Shown here piece after piece: positions 27,761 through 38,025 of a stretch of DNA of 64,000 nt. Location of the stretch: positions 62,001-126,000 of the IMG/VR virus record IMGVR_UViG_3300024308_000018; one strand, written 5' to 3'. Every line of letters starts with the position of its first letter. Position 1 is the first letter of the stretch. The notes under the pieces are model-generated. The model was not told the origin of the DNA and ran no database searches. It worked only from the letters and a program-made list of their open reading frames with translations. The position numbers and the translations under genes were made by a program.

Positions 27761-28036
27761 ATGCGAGTAACTGAAGCAACCGAAGCCGTGCAGCTTATTG
27801 ACCTGCTGCGCCACCGCATCGTAACCGCGACTGAATTTATTCAGCGCATGTATGAGCACAACATCGTTGTGCAATCAATCCGGCCCGCGCGGGATGCTGA
27901 CGTAACGACAAACGAGTTTGTGCGTCAGGCTTTGGTGTGCGGCCCGTCTCTCGGTCTCACGCTGGAAGTCGTGGTCGCCGACGAACAATGCCGCATCGCT
28001 CCCGAAACTTGCACGCGCATGATCATCGTTATCTAA
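27761..28036 (+). CDS. hypothetical protein (paralog of 25470-25781)
   Basis: GAGG RBS; shared TEF.QR motif. Confidence 0.6.
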   Translation: MRVTEATEAVQLIDLLRHRIVTATEFIQRMYEHNIVVQSIRPARDADVTTNEFVRQALVCGPSLGLTLEVVVADEQCRIAPETCTRMIIVI

Positions 28037-28050
28037 CAAGGAATAGAACC

Positions 28051-28827
28051 ATGTACGAAATCAAAAACTATGAGGCAGTTGTCGACCAAGCAAACGCAAT
28101 GGTCGAGCAGATCGATCCGGCTAACGGTCTGGTGCAACGCGTCACGTTCGTGATGACTGTCCCGCAGGCAGTGACCCGCTTCCCCGCCAACCTCGCCACA
28201 TTCCAAGAGCGTGTCGGTGAGCAGCTGTCGTGGATCTACAACATTGCAGGCGCGAAAGCCAAACTGGTTCGACGCTTTGCAAGCAAGAGCATGCTGTTCC
28301 GTTCGAGCGGCACGCTCTCGCCGTCTCACCTTCTGACCTCCGAATATGAGGTCGAATTCAGCAACCCTGAATTCATGATGGCGTGGACTCCGGACGCACG
28401 TCGAGCACTGTTGGCGTTTTCGCGTGCGCTGTATTCCCTCCGCGCGGACTACAGCGGAAACGAAGATTACAACGCGCTGGCGAATCTGGTTCACAGCATG
28501 CTGAATGCTTCACTGGCCCCGTGGTTTGTTTGCGACGGCTGCGCAGAAGAGCATGAGTACAAGCGCATCATTGCAGAGCACAGCAAGAACCGCAGCAACG
28601 CCGTGATCCAAAGTATCCTGCAACGCGTCAGCAATATGTCAGCCGCCGCATTCTTCAACACTGACATCGGTGGCGACCTCGTTGCTGAAGACGGCGCGCC
28701 GATTCGCGCGTGGGTGCTGGATCGTGTGCGTTACGAAGAGCTGCTGTTCACGACCTTCACACATCGTTGCATTGGTGTGAAGGGTACACCTATCAAAGAA
28801 GCCGTCGCTGATGGCGCGGAGATCTAA
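28051..28827 (+). CDS. hypothetical protein
   Basis: AAGGA RBS, 258 aa. Confidence 0.65.
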   Translation: MYEIKNYEAVVDQANAMVEQIDPANGLVQRVTFVMTVPQAVTRFPANLATFQERVGEQLSWIYNIAGAKAKLVRRFASKSMLFRSSGTLSPSHLLTSEYEVEFSNPEFMMAWTPDARRALLAFSRALYSLRADYSGNEDYNALANLVHSMLNASLAPWFVCDGCAEEHEYKRIIAEHSKNRSNAVIQSILQRVSNMSAAAFFNTDIGGDLVAEDGAPIRAWVLDRVRYEELLFTTFTHRCIGVKGTPIKEAVADGAEI

Positions 28828-28836
28828 GGGGCAGCT

Positions 28837-29853
28837 ATGTCGTCAATTAAATTGAGTCAAGCAATTCAGGCTGTATTCGGTGCTGTCGTCTCACTGGGGC
28901 GCACCAGCACCGAAACCATGCAACGCCCGAGCGCTGAGACCGTGGGCAAATACCTGTCGATGGATCCTGAGAGTGCCCAGCGCGCTCTCAACAAAAAGCG
29001 CTCCGGCGTGTGGGAGATTCCCGTGTCGTTCGACGGCGTGGAAACTCCAGACGTGGAATGGGCACTGCACCTGATGGCAATGATGCTGAGCACGCGTCTT
29101 GATTGTGCATCCAACGTTGTGCGTCGTTCGTCTTCCGCCGCTGGCCTGTCCAAAGCAACGGTCGCCAGCAGAAATGGACGCGTGCACTTTACGGTGCTCA
29201 CCGAACGCCCGATCTGCGCTATCGCGTTTTCGTTCCCGCGTAACGCGCTGCATTTCACGGCGCTGGTGTCTGCCGCTGAAGTGTTCGCACTTCTGGAAGA
29301 CTGCGCGCAATACCATGCACGTGAAGATAACGATGTGATCCGGCCGCTGACGAAATTCATCCTTCGCCACGCTGCATCGTTGCGTGAGTGCCTGAAGCCT
29401 GAGAAGTGGTGCCTGTCACCTATCGACTACTCCACGATGTCCGCAGAGTTGGAGGTGCTGCGCAATCTTCCGGACGTTCAGCAAATGGTGTGGAACTTCC
29501 GTGGCGCTTTCCAGTACGCGCTACTCACGGGGCTGGTGAACAAGGACAAGCAATTCGACGCCAGCCCACAAGCCCAACGTGCTTACGCCAGTCAGTGGCC
29601 CGAGCTGACTCATACATGGATGGCTATGTGCGCATGTGAGCCGCTGGCTTTCCTGCACGCCGTGATCAATCTTCACGCGCCGATGTACGATGACCGCGAA
29701 GCCCCGAACAAAAATGTCCTGCAATTCCCCGACGTTCCGGCCCTACCCTCTACCGCATCCAGTTTCGACTACGCGGTAGAGCTGACGGCTGGCGGGCAGC
29801 TGGCGGCCCCAGTGACGAAAACCGGACTAGCAAGTAAGGGGCTCAATTGGTAA
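28837..29853 (+). CDS. hypothetical protein
   Basis: 338 aa; its 3' end overlaps promoter copy 2. Confidence 0.65.
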   Translation: MSSIKLSQAIQAVFGAVVSLGRTSTETMQRPSAETVGKYLSMDPESAQRALNKKRSGVWEIPVSFDGVETPDVEWALHLMAMMLSTRLDCASNVVRRSSSAAGLSKATVASRNGRVHFTVLTERPICAIAFSFPRNALHFTALVSAAEVFALLEDCAQYHAREDNDVIRPLTKFILRHAASLRECLKPEKWCLSPIDYSTMSAELEVLRNLPDVQQMVWNFRGAFQYALLTGLVNKDKQFDASPQAQRAYASQWPELTHTWMAMCACEPLAFLHAVINLHAPMYDDREAPNKNVLQFPDVPALPSTASSFDYAVELTAGGQLAAPVTKTGLASKGLNW

Positions 29854-29906
29854 ACTGTTTACACGGTGAGGGAATGGCTCTCACCGCTCCCAAAGAGGAA
29901 AGCATT
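29814..29906 (+). promoter_or_regulatory. conserved promoter plus leader element, copy 2
   Basis: GACGAAAACCGGACTAG...TTGGTAAACT, hairpin GGTGAGGG-AATGG-CTCTCACC, CCCAAAGAGGA. Confidence 0.8.
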
Positions 29907-30311
29907 ATGTCCGTACACTTCCACCTGATGACCGTTACCGCCAACCGCCACGACTTCGCCGCCGACATGATCGAAGGCACGATGACGGCACCCACCAGCT
30001 TGGGGCTCGACTCCGATCTGTTCGGGCCGGATGACGGCGTGCACTGGTCGCAGGCATTCGTCCCTTACCTCATGCTTGGCGAACGTGCTGAGCAGAGTGA
30101 AGGTCAATTGTGGGTCAGCGATAGGGCTGGTGCACAAGTGGAGCTGGCATTCATGATCGGGCAGATCACAACTGCGATGCAGTACGCTGACCCGTGCGCC
30201 AACTACTACGCGAGTCGCGCACACTTCGCCAAGATGCTTTGCCTGCTGCACGCGGCGCAAATGTACTCGGCGATCCACCCGGAGATCGTATTCGAGATCA
30301 GCTGGTTCTGA
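29907..30311 (+). CDS. hypothetical protein
   Basis: First gene after the leader. Confidence 0.65.
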   Translation: MSVHFHLMTVTANRHDFAADMIEGTMTAPTSLGLDSDLFGPDDGVHWSQAFVPYLMLGERAEQSEGQLWVSDRAGAQVELAFMIGQITTAMQYADPCANYYASRAHFAKMLCLLHAAQMYSAIHPEIVFEISWF

Positions 30312-30370
30312 TAACAGGGGGCATTGGCAACAGTGCCCTTGATTATCACAACGAGAGGGAAGACCGAATA

Positions 30371-30799
30371 ATGAAACTGACTATAGATGTTGCTGACGAG
30401 ATCATCGTGCAGATTGTAGCGCGCAATCCTGAATGTTCGGTAATAGAGACCGTGCAGAATTTAGTGCGTAGCGCAATCGTCGGCGAAAGCAAGCCCGCAA
30501 CACTGCGCAACACTCGCTACAAGAAAAATGACGTTGCCCACAAGATGGCGCAGGAGCTGCTGACCCACGTACTCAACGAGCTTCCTGTTGCGCGGACATT
30601 TCGCGCACTCGAAATCGCCGACACTTATTTCGGCGACCGCCTCGCCAAGAACGACCGTGGGCTACGTTCGTCGCTCGGCATCCATTTTGGTCGCTTATGT
30701 AGCGCACACCACAAAGCAGCGGCGACAGGCACCAAAGTCATTGTGCCGGATACAAACCTTGCACGCGGCGCATGCTTCTACGTAACCCTTATCGGTTAA
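30371..30799 (+). CDS. putative DNA-binding protein (RHH-like N-terminus plus winged-helix-like C-terminus)
   Basis: MKLTIDVADEI...VQNLVRSAI; TFRALEIA...LGIHFGRL. Confidence 0.45.
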   Translation: MKLTIDVADEIIVQIVARNPECSVIETVQNLVRSAIVGESKPATLRNTRYKKNDVAHKMAQELLTHVLNELPVARTFRALEIADTYFGDRLAKNDRGLRSSLGIHFGRLCSAHHKAAATGTKVIVPDTNLARGACFYVTLIG

Positions 30800-30859
30800 C
30801 TGATACCAAGAATTCCACAACCCAGCGCAATGAGCGCTACATCATAGAGAGAAATAGAG

Positions 30860-31303
30860 ATGAAAGCTAAACACGTTCAACTGCACCCTTACGCAAACAT
30901 CGACGTCAACAGCTGGGCGCTGCGCATCCGCATGATGCGTGAAGCCCTCGGCCTCTCCCGACCCAAGTTTGCTGAGCTGGTCGGTGTCCCGCCTACAACG
31001 TTGAAGAACTACGAGCTGGGCTATCGCGAAGTCAGCTGGTCATTCATCTACGCGCTGCTGGGTAAAGAGCAGACTCGCCAGCTGGCGCTCGCATTGTTCG
31101 TCGACACTCCGCTGTTCACTGTTCAGGATGATCTGAGCCGGGTCGGTGAAGTGCAATACACGATCCCGTCCGTCACTGGTTGTAGCCTGTATTCGGCGCA
31201 CGGCATGTTGCGCTTCCTTGGGCTGCGCATTACCAACGCAATGAGCGACGTGCCACTCGACGGCCTTTATATCAACCGCTGGATTAACTGCTTCAGCCAC
31301 TAA
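30860..31303 (+). CDS. XRE-family HTH transcriptional regulator
   Basis: IRMMREALGLSRPKFAELVGVPPTTLKNYELGYRE. Confidence 0.85.
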   Translation: MKAKHVQLHPYANIDVNSWALRIRMMREALGLSRPKFAELVGVPPTTLKNYELGYREVSWSFIYALLGKEQTRQLALALFVDTPLFTVQDDLSRVGEVQYTIPSVTGCSLYSAHGMLRFLGLRITNAMSDVPLDGLYINRWINCFSH

Positions 31304-31369
31304 TGCTCTACCTCGGCGGCGAACACACGTCCGCCGCACACTTTCAAATTTATCACGGAGATACAGCAA

Positions 31370-32437
31370 ATGAAAACCAACGTACAACTCACTATCGGTC
31401 AAGTCCTGCACCTCACCCAAGCTATGGCACTGGATGTTGCGGACAAGCAGCGCAGTTTCTTGTCTTCCTATCTGGAAGATTGCGGAACGCGCGGCGTGAT
31501 CAGTGTGCTGCTCGAAATGGCCGACGCGGATTTCAAGTTCGACTGGAAGGACATCTACTCCAACTTGAATGAGGATGAAGAGGACAACGACTCTGATTCC
31601 TACGTCAAGTATGCACAGGCGTGGCATGAGGGGACTTTCCCCGTACACATCCTGCACGCCGAAGTGCTGTCCGATGACGTAGTACGCAACGCACTCGTTT
31701 CCTACGCCGAACGCGTCAGCAGTGCGCAGACATTCATCGTTACTTACAACGATGTCAGGGAGCAGGCAGCCGAAAAATTCCTGTCGTACAATTCCGGTAG
31801 CGGCATTGCGTGCTCCACCCAGCGTAACTTCAACAAGCGGGTGACCACCAACCCCGTTGGACACATCGCGTTTTCCGGTACTGCTACCCCCGCAGCCCTT
31901 TATGCAAAACTCAACAATGCACGGGGCTGGGCACGTGACATGATCAGTATCCTGAACAAGGCACTGAAGAAAGATCGCTTCACGGCTGCCGTCATTCCCG
32001 TAGTCGAGCAGCTGGTCGCAGCGCTGGAAGCGGTCAAGAAAATAAAACCCGTGGATGGCGAAGGCTACAACATTTACCTGATGTCAGAAGCTATAGCCCA
32101 GCAGGTTCTCACCGCTGTTGGCGCAATCGAAGGTCTCGCAGCGTCGGAGATTCGTGAAGTCCTGATCCGCTCCGTGCTTGTCTGCCCGCCCAATATCGAC
32201 TGCGAGCCCAGCAAGAAAGTGAAGAAGCTCATAAAAGAGCACGGCGCGGTGCTGACCGACGATCTTGTGAAGCGCGCGATGAAAGAGTTCTACCATGACT
32301 GTGACTTCTGGGAGTGCATCGCACTGCTGGACGTGGTGGGCATCGCGCACCAGTACGTGCGCGACATGACTCTGGTTAAAGACGGGGAATCGCTGGCAGC
32401 TGACTGGCTGAGCTGGTCGCACATCACTGTCGCCTAA
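31370..32437 (+). CDS. hypothetical protein
   Basis: 355 aa, GGAG RBS. Confidence 0.65.
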   Translation: MKTNVQLTIGQVLHLTQAMALDVADKQRSFLSSYLEDCGTRGVISVLLEMADADFKFDWKDIYSNLNEDEEDNDSDSYVKYAQAWHEGTFPVHILHAEVLSDDVVRNALVSYAERVSSAQTFIVTYNDVREQAAEKFLSYNSGSGIACSTQRNFNKRVTTNPVGHIAFSGTATPAALYAKLNNARGWARDMISILNKALKKDRFTAAVIPVVEQLVAALEAVKKIKPVDGEGYNIYLMSEAIAQQVLTAVGAIEGLAASEIREVLIRSVLVCPPNIDCEPSKKVKKLIKEHGAVLTDDLVKRAMKEFYHDCDFWECIALLDVVGIAHQYVRDMTLVKDGESLAADWLSWSHITVA

Positions 32438-32493
32438 CTCAAACCAACAACGCACAGAAAGGGCGGGAATGTTCCCGCCCTTTGGAGATCAAG

Positions 32494-33381
32494 ATGGCTA
32501 TATACAAAATGATGGGCATTGCTGCCGCCGACGCTGCTGTGTCGTACCTGATCAAAGCTGCTGCCGAACACCGCTCCACCTACTCCCCACAACGTTCAAT
32601 CAGCGCACACCTGAAGGTCGACGGATTCGAGACCCTGTACGTTCGCGCATTCCCCGCCGCCGCAATCCCGCGACTGGTAATCTCGTCTATCTCTATCGGC
32701 ATCGATCATAGTGACAAGGGAGTGTTCACCGCGTTTCATGATCGCTTGATGCAGCGCGCCGATGGGATGATGGGCTTCATCGTCGAGTATGAGAACCTGA
32801 TCAGCGCCCGTCTGCTCAACTACCTGTTCCGCGCTGAGAAGTTTGCATTCCTCGGCGGCCGACTTCGCGAGTTTGAACGTGACCGCCTGACGCGCTCCTA
32901 CATTCAGGAAGCGGCCCGCATCGAGTGCGAGGAAGATTCCTGCGCCCTGATCACGTCACCCAGTATCGTGTGCCCGAAGTCGTTCTATCAGTGGCTCGTG
33001 TATGCGGCCGCCGCAGCGGCGAACACTCCGCGCGTTCCCCTCAATCCGCTGTACTACGATCACGTCACGAATGACGTGGACGAGAGCGAACGTTGGGCGG
33101 GCGATTTCCCGTGCACTGTTACCACGGTAACCGCTGGTGGGCTCACTGCACTTAACCTGATCGTGCGTAACGCTCCCGATGGCACTGACTGGGGCGAAGT
33201 CAACGCATGGTTGCGCTCCCGCGAATTCACGTACCATGACAGCAGTGTGGCGGCCCCGCAACGTTACGATCTGGAGAGTGCAAAACCGCGCGACAGAATG
33301 CACAACATGTTCGTCACGGTCTACGAGAAAACAACTGGCGTCGCTCACCAATTCACAGTAACCATTACACAGCAAAAATAA
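32494..33381 (+). CDS. hypothetical protein
   Basis: GGAG RBS, 295 aa. Confidence 0.65.
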   Translation: MAIYKMMGIAAADAAVSYLIKAAAEHRSTYSPQRSISAHLKVDGFETLYVRAFPAAAIPRLVISSISIGIDHSDKGVFTAFHDRLMQRADGMMGFIVEYENLISARLLNYLFRAEKFAFLGGRLREFERDRLTRSYIQEAARIECEEDSCALITSPSIVCPKSFYQWLVYAAAAAANTPRVPLNPLYYDHVTNDVDESERWAGDFPCTVTTVTAGGLTALNLIVRNAPDGTDWGEVNAWLRSREFTYHDSSVAAPQRYDLESAKPRDRMHNMFVTVYEKTTGVAHQFTVTITQQK

Positions 33382-33390
33382 GAGGCAACT

Positions 33391-36300
33391 ATGAACCATA
33401 ATAACTACCTGCGCGAATGTCTGACTGCCGCTCTGATCCAGCAAAACCAAGAAGTGGAATGCCTGAGCGACGCTATTGAATTCATCGAGCATGGTGCGCT
33501 GTTGGAAATCACTCTGGGCTCCGCGCACCAGTGCGGATCCACCAATGCCTACGTTGCGCATCTTCGGATCCGCAGCACGTCCGAGATTGATGACTTCGAA
33601 GAAGGCGACGGCGAGGGCATCGCCTACGATCACAGCCTGCTCTGGCACGCCAGCAATTACGTCGGCATTCGTTTCCGCCCCTACACAGACGCATCCCCTG
33701 CACTCGCACTGCGCCTGCTGGACGTCGCGAACATTGCACAGGTAGTTACTGAGATCGTTACCAAGTACGGGCCGCTGGGTCTGGTGAGCTGCGTTGAGTA
33801 CGCAACGGGCGACGAGATCCATTTGGTCGAAGGCACCAGATCTGGCGTGACCATGATTCTGGATGGTCAGGAACGTGGCGTCACATTCACCGAAGAGCAG
33901 CGCGCTTTCATGTTGGGCAACGCGCGCGGAAACAGACCGTACAGCATTCGCGATCTGTGGGCTACTCCGCTCACCATGCTGGACATGGATTCACCGATGG
34001 GGCAGCACGCTCAAGTCCTGCCGCGCAGCGTTCTGGTGGAAGAGTTCAACGCCATCTACACCAACATGCCCGCGCGTGACCCGGCGTTGCACGTCGACGA
34101 GTTTGATGAAGTCGAAGAAGTCCTCGAAGGGCTGGAATCATTCATTACGGAAACGCTCGGCCCGGCGTTCAGCGCGACTGAGTTGGTTACCAAACTCGGG
34201 CCGCTCGTTATTTGCAGCGATCCCCTGAACACTCACCAGAAAGAAGTGGCCGCCGTGTTCGGCACCAAGATCCTTTCTGACCTGCCGCTGTACGTGTCGA
34301 CTGTATTTGCCTGCTTCCTCGGACTGAAGGATGAAGCGTATGCGGCGATCAAGGAATCCAATACCACGGACACCGAAGCGCTGCGCGTGTGCAATCTCTT
34401 CCTCAGTCTGTACGAAGAGCCATGGGCTGCCGGAAGCACTGAAGTCCGTGAATGGATCCGGATCGCAACTGAAGATAACGCGCGTGAGCTTGCGAGCTTC
34501 TACGTGTCGAGCATTATCCATAATGACTCCCTCGACGTGATTGACGCACAAGCCCGCGTGATCATCGCGCGTCACGTTGCGGCCAACGAGGCAATGGTCA
34601 ACGTAATGGACGAGTCCTTCTGGACTTCCAGCATGCACCAACTGCTCGACGGCCCGCGCTTCAAAATGGCGCTGAACAATATCCGCCACCAAGACATCCG
34701 CGACGGCATTGGCTTGTTTGAAGCAACCCGCGATGGCAACGATACCAATGACTGGGCTTGGGCCAAGGCATCTCAGAAGCTGTTCCACGCTGACGGTGTG
34801 CTGACTGTACGTGGCTTGCTTGACTTTGCGGCGGCCTATGTTGGCGCAAGAAAGAACGCATGGGCTGACTACAGCGCTGAGATTCTGCGCCACTTGCCCC
34901 TGTCGCTGGTCGCGGCCTTGGCCGTATACAACGCTGTTGAGTTGTCGCGCAAACCTGATGATGTGGTCAAGGTTCACGCGTTGCGTACCTACATGGATAA
35001 AGTGATGGATACTTATCGCGATTATATGGGAAGCCTGCTGGACTATGGTGTCCCGCAGTATCCGGTGAATGCCGAGTACATTGAAGAAGTCGCAACCATG
35101 ATGCGCTCCGGTACTCTCGATACTGAGGCGTCCGTGCGAGACCTTATCATGAACAGTGCCGAGCACCATGGCGTGGATCTCTTGCAGCGGACGTTGCGTG
35201 ATTACAGCCAGATCACGAGTCGCGTTAAGGCCCACGCGCTGATCAAGTCGCATGCAGCACTGGGTGACATCTTCGATCACTCTGCGTCAACGTTGACGAA
35301 TCGCTTGGGCAACATTTCCGCGCTGTTCAAATCTGCACGTGTGCCAGCCGATCACTCGCGCCTCGTTGACTTCCTCGAAGCAAAGCTCGCCATGGAGTTC
35401 AAGGGGCTGCTGAGCTTGCGTAGTGAATTGCGCAGCATGCTGTGGGATACGCCGACTCGCAGTATCTATGTGCTGACCGCTGTGCTTGCGTTGTCCGATC
35501 TGGATGACCTTGAGGCGTTCCTGTCGCGCGCTTCCAAGTCTGTACGCAAAGACCCAACGTTGCGTGCGCTGGCCCGCGTCCTCTCTTCCATTCGCGAGAT
35601 GGTCGATGTAGAGCAAGACAGTAACGGTACACAAGCCCGCGCTGTTGCGGACAAACACAAAGAAGCGAACCCGGATGAAGACTCTGAGCCGTCCACCCGT
35701 GGCCGCCCGTTCACCGCAAGACTGCCGAAGTCAGAAGTCGCAACCTTCATGACTGCCAAAGCGTCGAACTGCAAACAGGCGCGTAAACTGTCTGCAATGA
35801 ACATTGCGCGTGCTGTATATGCGGAGTTCGGCCATGACGTCAGCGTCTTTGGTTACGTAGACTGCAACAGCTTCTGTCGTGCGATCTCCGACAAGGTTGA
35901 GGAAGTCACAGTCGCCGAGGTACTCCGGCACGCGGCAGCCTCTTGTGCAGTGGCCTGCGACCTTGAGTTCGATACGCTGCACAGTATTCTGCGCGGCGTA
36001 CCGCTCGTCGTTGCATGCACCGTGTACGTTGCTGATCTGCTCGGGGTGAAGCTGGAGACCATCGACGCAACCAACAAGGAACTGAAGGAAGATGACGAGG
36101 CTACCAAGTCTGCAATCTTCCTTAGCTTTGTGGTCAACGCTGATTTCGCGCAGATGGACACCGACGATGCGGATCTGGTCGACGACATCGTTGGCACGAT
36201 CAAAAACGAGCTGTGGCCGTGGGGTGAAGATGGCGCGGTGGATAATCCCAATTACAAGGGGCCAGCTCCGAGTTGCATAGACAAGGATCCGGATGAAATG

Positions 36301-36447
36301 ACGCTGGAAGATCTGATCGCCTACGTGACTTACTTCAAGCTGTTGCCGGAGGCGGAAGTTGTGGAGACGCGCGAGAGCGATCTTCGCCTGCTTGTGGTTG
36401 ACCACCAAGACGACCGCCTGAGTGAAGAGGACGAGGATTTAGAGTAA
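33391..36447 (+). CDS. large acidic hypothetical protein (1018 aa)
   Basis: Long uninterrupted ORF, GAGG RBS; no motif recognised. Confidence 0.75.
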   Translation: MNHNNYLRECLTAALIQQNQEVECLSDAIEFIEHGALLEITLGSAHQCGSTNAYVAHLRIRSTSEIDDFEEGDGEGIAYDHSLLWHASNYVGIRFRPYTDASPALALRLLDVANIAQVVTEIVTKYGPLGLVSCVEYATGDEIHLVEGTRSGVTMILDGQERGVTFTEEQRAFMLGNARGNRPYSIRDLWATPLTMLDMDSPMGQHAQVLPRSVLVEEFNAIYTNMPARDPALHVDEFDEVEEVLEGLESFITETLGPAFSATELVTKLGPLVICSDPLNTHQKEVAAVFGTKILSDLPLYVSTVFACFLGLKDEAYAAIKESNTTDTEALRVCNLFLSLYEEPWAAGSTEVREWIRIATEDNARELASFYVSSIIHNDSLDVIDAQARVIIARHVAANEAMVNVMDESFWTSSMHQLLDGPRFKMALNNIRHQDIRDGIGLFEATRDGNDTNDWAWAKASQKLFHADGVLTVRGLLDFAAAYVGARKNAWADYSAEILRHLPLSLVAALAVYNAVELSRKPDDVVKVHALRTYMDKVMDTYRDYMGSLLDYGVPQYPVNAEYIEEVATMMRSGTLDTEASVRDLIMNSAEHHGVDLLQRTLRDYSQITSRVKAHALIKSHAALGDIFDHSASTLTNRLGNISALFKSARVPADHSRLVDFLEAKLAMEFKGLLSLRSELRSMLWDTPTRSIYVLTAVLALSDLDDLEAFLSRASKSVRKDPTLRALARVLSSIREMVDVEQDSNGTQARAVADKHKEANPDEDSEPSTRGRPFTARLPKSEVATFMTAKASNCKQARKLSAMNIARAVYAEFGHDVSVFGYVDCNSFCRAISDKVEEVTVAEVLRHAAASCAVACDLEFDTLHSILRGVPLVVACTVYVADLLGVKLETIDATNKELKEDDEATKSAIFLSFVVNADFAQMDTDDADLVDDIVGTIKNELWPWGEDGAVDNPNYKGPAPSCIDKDPDEMTLEDLIAYVTYFKLLPEAEVVETRESDLRLLVVDHQDDRLSEEDEDLE

Positions 36448-37067
36448 TGAAAACTCCATTGGTATCTGTGCTGAAGATTGGGCACAAGGATACTGACGGC
36501 TATGACATTGTGCTCAAGCCAGTGTCGCGGGATTCGGAGGGGCGGGTGTTCAGCCCCTTCTTTCTCGGGCCCGTTAGTTTGCCTTCGTGCGTTGGCGGCC
36601 CGCGTGACGTGTTCCACAACTTCGAAAACGCGTGGCAATATAGCAAGGTGTATCCGAAGGCCGGACACCTCGACTGGGAGAACAACATCACCGACAAGTA
36701 TTTGGAGTGGCGACAGAAGGGCGTCGAGATGGAGCAGGCGCAACGTTACCCGATGGGGCGCGGCCAAGTTCCCGCCTTCTCTGTCTTCGGGCGCCGTCGC
36801 CTAAGTTACATCACCGCGCGCAAGGTGATCTACACTCCGTTTTACGCGCGCCTGATTGCCGACGTTCCAATGCTTGCGGAGCTACGTGCCGAATACCGCA
36901 AGGGTGCCAAGATCCTGCTGCTCGACTTCGATGCCAGCATTGATCAAAGCAAGGCGGCATTCGATGAACTGATCAACTGGCCGCACCGCAAGATGGGACA
37001 CAGCTACGTGCTGCGTGAATCAATAATCCGCGATGACCCCGATTGGTATCGCAAGATCATCCTGTGA
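36447..37067 (+). CDS. NADAR-like / DUF6939-like protein
   Basis: FSPFFLGP...NFENAWQYSKVY...ARKVIY.P.Y...LLDFD...GHSYVL, similar to the NADAR FSNF/E..Q.K/N.LG layout. Confidence 0.45.
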   Translation: MKTPLVSVLKIGHKDTDGYDIVLKPVSRDSEGRVFSPFFLGPVSLPSCVGGPRDVFHNFENAWQYSKVYPKAGHLDWENNITDKYLEWRQKGVEMEQAQRYPMGRGQVPAFSVFGRRRLSYITARKVIYTPFYARLIADVPMLAELRAEYRKGAKILLLDFDASIDQSKAAFDELINWPHRKMGHSYVLRESIIRDDPDWYRKIIL

Positions 37068-37073
37068 GGAATC

Positions 37074-37481
37074 GTGCTCTTAAACATTGCGCTTTACGCA
37101 TTCGTCGCAATTGGCGTGCTCGTTACTCTACTGTGGATTGTGGACTGCATCGAGGAACACATCGGCAAGGAATCTCCGCCGCGAGCGATCCCGCGACCCT
37201 ATACACCAAAGGTACAGCTCGGTGCCCTTACGCCATCTCTCTTGGAGAAACTTTACAAGCTGGAGTATGCAGCGCTGCCTATAGCGGATCGTAGAGACCC
37301 GAAAGCGAATCTGCCAAAAGATGCGTTCAGCTACCCGAACTTTATGAGCGGGCAGACTTGCAACTACCTGCTTGATGCCATTGACTACATCCGCCACAAA
37401 CGTGGCGTCTACCCGTTGGAGATTGCCGCGTACATGGATGACAGGCTGCGGCGCGCCATAGACCAACACCAACGAGACTAG
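37074..37481 (+). CDS. membrane-anchored hypothetical protein (paralog of next gene)
   Basis: N-terminal hydrophobic helix; LLEKLYKLEY...DPKANLP. Confidence 0.65.
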   Translation: MLLNIALYAFVAIGVLVTLLWIVDCIEEHIGKESPPRAIPRPYTPKVQLGALTPSLLEKLYKLEYAALPIADRRDPKANLPKDAFSYPNFMSGQTCNYLLDAIDYIRHKRGVYPLEIAAYMDDRLRRAIDQHQRD

Positions 37482-37489
37482 GGGGAACA

Positions 37490-37996
37490 ATGTTCGTCTT
37501 TAATATTCTGCTGTACGCGTTTGCACTGTTTGGTGTGATCTGTCTGGCCGTCTTGATTCTGCCTGACAAAGGGGCAGGCAAGAGCATTCTGGATGATATA
37601 GGCAAGCGCAGGCCGAGGATGGCAGGCTGGGGATTTGAGCCGATGCCCAAGAAAGAGCAGCGTTACGACCGCTCGACACCGAAGCTGATTCCCTCAACGC
37701 AGACCAGATCGCTGTTGGCGAAGCTACACAAGATCGAATACGACTTGCTGGCCGAGGGAACACATGACGCGTTCCGCAACGACCCGAATGCCCAGATTCC
37801 CGACGTCGTGTACGAAGAGCTGGACTACATGGACGCGCGAGGCTGTACCTTGATCATTCAGTCCATCAACTACATTCGCCAGCACATCAACAGTGAACCT
37901 TTGGAAGTCATGGCAGACTTCGACGCCATGCTGTGCCGCATAATCCAGCGCCACGAAGACGAGTTCAACTATCCACCCACCAACTTCCGCTGCTGA
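37490..37996 (+). CDS. membrane-anchored hypothetical protein (paralog of previous gene)
   Basis: N-terminal hydrophobic helix; LLAKLHKIEY...DPNAQIP. Confidence 0.65.
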   Translation: MFVFNILLYAFALFGVICLAVLILPDKGAGKSILDDIGKRRPRMAGWGFEPMPKKEQRYDRSTPKLIPSTQTRSLLAKLHKIEYDLLAEGTHDAFRNDPNAQIPDVVYEELDYMDARGCTLIIQSINYIRQHINSEPLEVMADFDAMLCRIIQRHEDEFNYPPTNFRC

Positions 37997-38025
37997 TGCC
38001 GAACACTGTAAACAGGGATACGACC

